Shown: positions 50,600 through 53,983 of the stretch, piece by piece
Layout of the letters: each line of letters starts with the position of its first letter
Position numbering within the stretch: the stretch's first letter is position 1
NCBI GenBank assembly: GCA_034669905.1
Contig: JAXMOL010000051.1
Coordinates: 1 to 53,983 of the forward strand
Length of the DNA stretch: 53,983 nucleotides
Source of the DNA: Candidatus Hydrogenedentota bacterium
Lineage (GTDB): Bacteria; Hydrogenedentota; Hydrogenedentia; Hydrogenedentales; JAEUWI01
Direction of reading: 5' to 3'
Notes under the pieces: model-generated
What the model saw: only the letters and a program-made list of their open reading frames with translations
What the model was told of the DNA's origin: nothing
The model's database searches: none
Made by a program: the position numbers and the translations under genes

Positions 50600-51583
50600 T
50601 TACTGGAGCGAAGGATCGGCCTGCCCATCCGCCTGGCGATAGAGCTCCGCGGGGATAAGACGTACGGGCTCAAAGGCCTCCCCCGCAAAGTACTGGGTAA
50701 TCATCTCGACGATTTCCTTACCCATCCGGTCGGGAAACTGTATGGGGTCGGCGTATATCTTGCCCTCTTTGATCGCCTGCTTCCCATCGGGCTGCCCATC
50801 GAAACCGATGATCTTTACCTGCTCCGACTTCCCTGCTTTCTCCAGGGCCGCCAGGGCCCCGAGGGCGCCGGGGTCATTGATAGCAAAGAGTCCCGCCAGA
50901 TTGGGGTGGGCGGTAATAATATCCTGGGTCGCCTTGAAACCAGGGTCCCGCTGTCCGTCACACGGCAGGCGTTTCACCACCGTGATCTTGCCCGACGCAC
51001 GGCCCTCGTTGTAGGCATTAATAACGTCATCGAAACCCGCCACCCGCTTCACGCAGGAAGCCGCGGGATCGTGGGTCAGAATAGCGATCTCGCCGCCCCC
51101 TTCACCCAGCGCCTCTATCATCGCCTCGCCGGCAAGACGACCACCCTGGTAGTTGTCGGTGGCGATGTGTCCGGCAATCTTAACGCCTTCTGCCGTACAT
51201 TCCAGGTCACAGGTGAAGACAGGAATTCCGGCCGCATTGGCTTCTTCGATGGCGGCACCAATGGCCTCCGAGTCGGCCGGATTGAGCACGATCGCATCCA
51301 CCTTACTCACGACGAAGTCTCGAATCTGGTCCATCTGCTTCGTTACATCGGCGTCGGCACTCACCGTACGCACTTCGTAGTTGTGCGCTATCGCCGCCGC
51401 CTTAATGTTTTCCGCGATCACTTCAAAGAAGGGATTGTTGGAGTTCATCTTGGAATAGCCGATGACTTTGGCGGGCGCCGTGTTCCCATCGCCCTCGCCC
51501 ACCCGCTCCGTTTCTCCGCTACCACACCCCACCACACCCACTATCAGCAGGGCACTCGCCAACCCACACAGAAACCGATTCAT
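50600..51583 (-). CDS. Sugar ABC substrate-binding lipoprotein (RbsB-like)
   Basis: Lipobox VVGC; NPFF, DNYQGG, NDPGALGA, IIGFDG. Confidence 0.92.
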   Translation of the reverse strand: MNRFLCGLASALLIVGVVGCGSGETERVGEGDGNTAPAKVIGYSKMNSNNPFFEVIAENIKAAAIAHNYEVRTVSADADVTKQMDQIRDFVVSKVDAIVLNPADSEAIGAAIEEANAAGIPVFTCDLECTAEGVKIAGHIATDNYQGGRLAGEAMIEALGEGGGEIAILTHDPAASCVKRVAGFDDVINAYNEGRASGKITVVKRLPCDGQRDPGFKATQDIITAHPNLAGLFAINDPGALGALAALEKAGKSEQVKIIGFDGQPDGKQAIKEGKIYADPIQFPDRMGKEIVEMITQYFAGEAFEPVRLIPAELYRQADGQADPSLQ

Positions 51584-51686
51584 AGCGCTCTCCTTTTGCT
51601 ACGGTGCGCACACCGATGCGATTGCTCTCTCAGTCATCCAGTATACGCATTGGCACCTGGATTGTTAACCCTGCACGCAACCTGGG

Positions 51687-53027
51687 TCATTGCCGTTTGT
51701 TGTCGGAGTCCTCCGCTACCACCGACGCGAGCTCCGCACGTATGCGATCGGCCCGTTGGCGCAGATCTTCGCGGTCATTGGGTTCGTGAATGCTGTCTTC
51801 GCCTTCCCGCTCTATCATGGCAACATGGCGCAAGACCGCCTCCACATCACTGGGACGGGTGGTCCTCCGGGCGACCTCGCCGAGGGCTTCGACGATGCGA
51901 ATCAGCACCGCCGTATTGCCACTGCCATGCTGGCGGATCTGATTAAAGGCCGATTCCAACAAGTCGGAGAACGTGACGGCGGGCATAACCACCCGTAGGG
52001 TTCCCGCTTCATCGTAAAATTCCGATTGCGGTACCGCGCAGGCCGCGATGCGCCCCAACGAAGCCCCGAGGCGGTCGATACAATTGATGGCGGTGAAGGG
52101 GTCGTTTATGCCGGCCGACAAGGCCCGCACCGCGAGCTCAACCAATTCAAGGAGCGCACATTCCACATCCTGCCGCGGTGTGCGACGCGTGCCGGTCACC
52201 ACCCACTGGTTGATGGTCTCTTCCAGATCCACCTCACAGGTGGGCGTTCCACACACCTCGGCCAGTGTACTTCCCGCGGCAACAAACTGGCCGGGATGCA
52301 CCCGGAGACGAATCACTACCTCCCCTTGTCGGGCCTGCTCCGCGATGGCTTCTGTGTCCACGCCCTGAAGATATCCTTCCTGTTTCGAGCACAGCACCTC
52401 CGTCTGCTCGGGCAAGGTATCACAGCGATCGGCTTCTTCGGTTCGCGGTTCCGATTCCTCCGTGGGGTAGAGTCGCCGTATGGAGGCATCCAGGTCGCGG
52501 GCCACACGAAGCACTACGTTGGGCACCTGAATCAATTCGGAGATGTCATTGATAAAGTGGATCAGGTAAAGCAGATTCAGGACGGAAGCGAGGAGGGCCA
52601 CATAGACCGAGCCGTGGGGCACCACCGTCATGGACTCCGTACCCCGTATCATGGACAGCACAATGAGTGCATAGATGGCGGTGGCGACGAAGGTGCCCAG
52701 CACTATCTGGGTGGAGCGGTTGTTGAGAAAACTCCGTAGCAGGCGAGGACCAAACTGGGAGGTGGCAATGCTCAGGGTAAGGATCGTCAAGGAAAATACG
52801 AGACTGATTACCGTCGTCATGGCACCGGCAATGGTGGAGAGAATGGTCCGGGCCGAGTCGGGACTCATGGTCATCCAGGGGGATGCCACATCGAGGTGGT
52901 CGGCGTAGCGCTGGTCCAGCCAGGGAAACAAGAATGCCGCAATCAGTGAACAAAAGATAATCGCCGAAGGAACAAACCAGTAGCTTCCCACCATGTGATC
53001 CCAGATATTGATCAGCCTTGTCTTCAT
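51687..53027 (-). CDS. DUF2254 family membrane protein
   Basis: SYWFVP, SQFGPRLL, RTPRQD, RALSAGINDPFTA. Confidence 0.88.
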   Translation of the reverse strand: MKTRLINIWDHMVGSYWFVPSAIIFCSLIAAFLFPWLDQRYADHLDVASPWMTMSPDSARTILSTIAGAMTTVISLVFSLTILTLSIATSQFGPRLLRSFLNNRSTQIVLGTFVATAIYALIVLSMIRGTESMTVVPHGSVYVALLASVLNLLYLIHFINDISELIQVPNVVLRVARDLDASIRRLYPTEESEPRTEEADRCDTLPEQTEVLCSKQEGYLQGVDTEAIAEQARQGEVVIRLRVHPGQFVAAGSTLAEVCGTPTCEVDLEETINQWVVTGTRRTPRQDVECALLELVELAVRALSAGINDPFTAINCIDRLGASLGRIAACAVPQSEFYDEAGTLRVVMPAVTFSDLLESAFNQIRQHGSGNTAVLIRIVEALGEVARRTTRPSDVEAVLRHVAMIEREGEDSIHEPNDREDLRQRADRIRAELASVVAEDSDNKRQ

Positions 53028-53154
53028 GATTACGTCCTCACGGGTGTGTTCGATTTACTCAGGGCGTATGGATCCCATACAGCGGATGGGGCCAGGTCGT
53101 ACCAGTCGTAGCCATTTCCGCACGAATTCGAAGTCCGCGCCGGGTCTTTTCTAT

Positions 53155-53170
53155 TGGCATGGTGCTTGCA
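53155..53170 (+). promoter_or_regulatory. Sigma54 (-24/-12) promoter of the csbD-like gene
   Basis: TGGCATG-GTGC-TTGCA matches TGGCAYG-N4-TTGCW with correct spacing, about 50 nt before the start. Confidence 0.75.
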
Positions 53171-53219
53171 ACACGTACGGTATTGCAAGACGCAAGCCAA
53201 CCGAAAAGGAGATAGTGCT

Positions 53220-53417
53220 ATGAACACCGATATCCTCGAAGGCCATTGGAAACAGGTCAAGGGTCAGGTTCAGCAAAAGTGGGGCAAGCTGACCGACGAC
53301 GAATTGGACCAGATAGCGGGCCGACGGGAAGAGCTCGTGGGCCGCATTCAGGAGCGCTATGGCCAGGAAAAGGATGCCGTCCGAAAAGAAGTGGACGCCT
53401 TCCTCGACCAGTTATAG
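53220..53417 (+). CDS. CsbD/YjbJ family stress protein
   Basis: AAGGAG RBS; EGHWKQVKGQVQQKWGKLTDDEL..GRIQERYG. Confidence 0.93.
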   Translation: MNTDILEGHWKQVKGQVQQKWGKLTDDELDQIAGRREELVGRIQERYGQEKDAVRKEVDAFLDQL

Positions 53418-53492
53418 GCGTCATCCGGTGTGAGCCGTTTTAGCGGAAGGGCCGCACGCTGACCCCAAACGCCGCAGCAGGTAATCGCGGCT

Positions 53493-53558
53493 GCGCTGAC
53501 TTCAGGGTATCGTATGGAAATCACACCCCGTACGAAATCCTGGAGTCAGCGTCTTTTT
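53493..53558 (+). terminator. Long stem-loop with U-tract downstream of the csbD-like gene
   Basis: GCTGACTTCAGGGTATCGTATGG pairs with CCGTACGAAATCCTGGAGTCAGC (G-U pairs, one mismatch), then TCTTTTT. Confidence 0.6.
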
Positions 53559-53944
53559 CAGGCAGGCGACCGGAGCAATCGTGGCAGGAACAAACGGGGC
53601 AAGTCCCCAGTCTGGACGCGCCTTGCATTGCTGCTCGTCTGGCCTGTGCCATGCACAAGCGCACTCTCCAGAAGTTCCGATTCGGTGGGCGCGGGGTGGT
53701 TTCCAGAAAAACCTTCCGGTTGTTCAAACGGATTGCCCTCGGTTTTTCTGCGCGATATCGCGCTACGGGGGACCCACCGCGCGACGTAGCACCACTTGAA
53801 ATCAACATGCCCCGAGCGCAAGTCCGACACAATACCGGTGGATCTGAAAACGCCTGCCCGGTTATGTTTCATAAGTTCTGCAAAAAAGGACATGATGTTT
53901 CTGGTCCAATACAACCGGGGCGGTAGGCCCCAGAAGGAAACATC

Positions 53945-53983
53945 ATGTCCAAACAAGATAGTAGCAAGTTGTCAGTGGATTGG
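53945..53983 (+). CDS. 5' fragment of a gene running off the window (MSKQDSSKLSVDW...), possibly a transposase
   Basis: AAGGA RBS before ATG 53945; open to the window end; RBS and start lie in a 14-bp inverted repeat. Confidence 0.4.
   Translation, partial: MSKQDSSKLSVDW

Overview
This is a GC-rich bacterial chromosomal segment. It starts inside a perfect heptamer microsatellite and ends in what may be the left end of an insertion sequence, so both ends may be assembly breaks. In order it contains: (1) a triple glycosyltransferase-domain fusion gene, a K+/H+ antiporter, and MFS and MATE transporters; (2) a housekeeping block gap-pgk-rpsO-pnp-M16 peptidase-dut-PfpI; (3) a rearranged, near-complete acyclic terpene utilisation (atu) cluster with a TetR regulator; (4) a long run of exported carbohydrate-active or unknown proteins, including a sialate O-acetylesterase broken by one in-frame TAG; (5) a GxxExxY PD-(D/E)XK-like gene bracketed by diverged ~170-bp repeats that carry inverted 25-bp motifs; (6) a sugar-binding protein/permease/AroE-like/DUF4432 operon whose AroE homolog lacks the shikimate carboxylate-binding residues; (7) DUF2254 and a csbD-like gene with a sigma54-type promoter. 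Two copies of a modular multi-hairpin REP/REPIN-like element with compensatory base changes are present, and one of them has an internal 82-bp tandem amplification. No rRNA, tRNA or CRISPR array was recognised. Family assignments come from motif recognition by eye, not from database searches.
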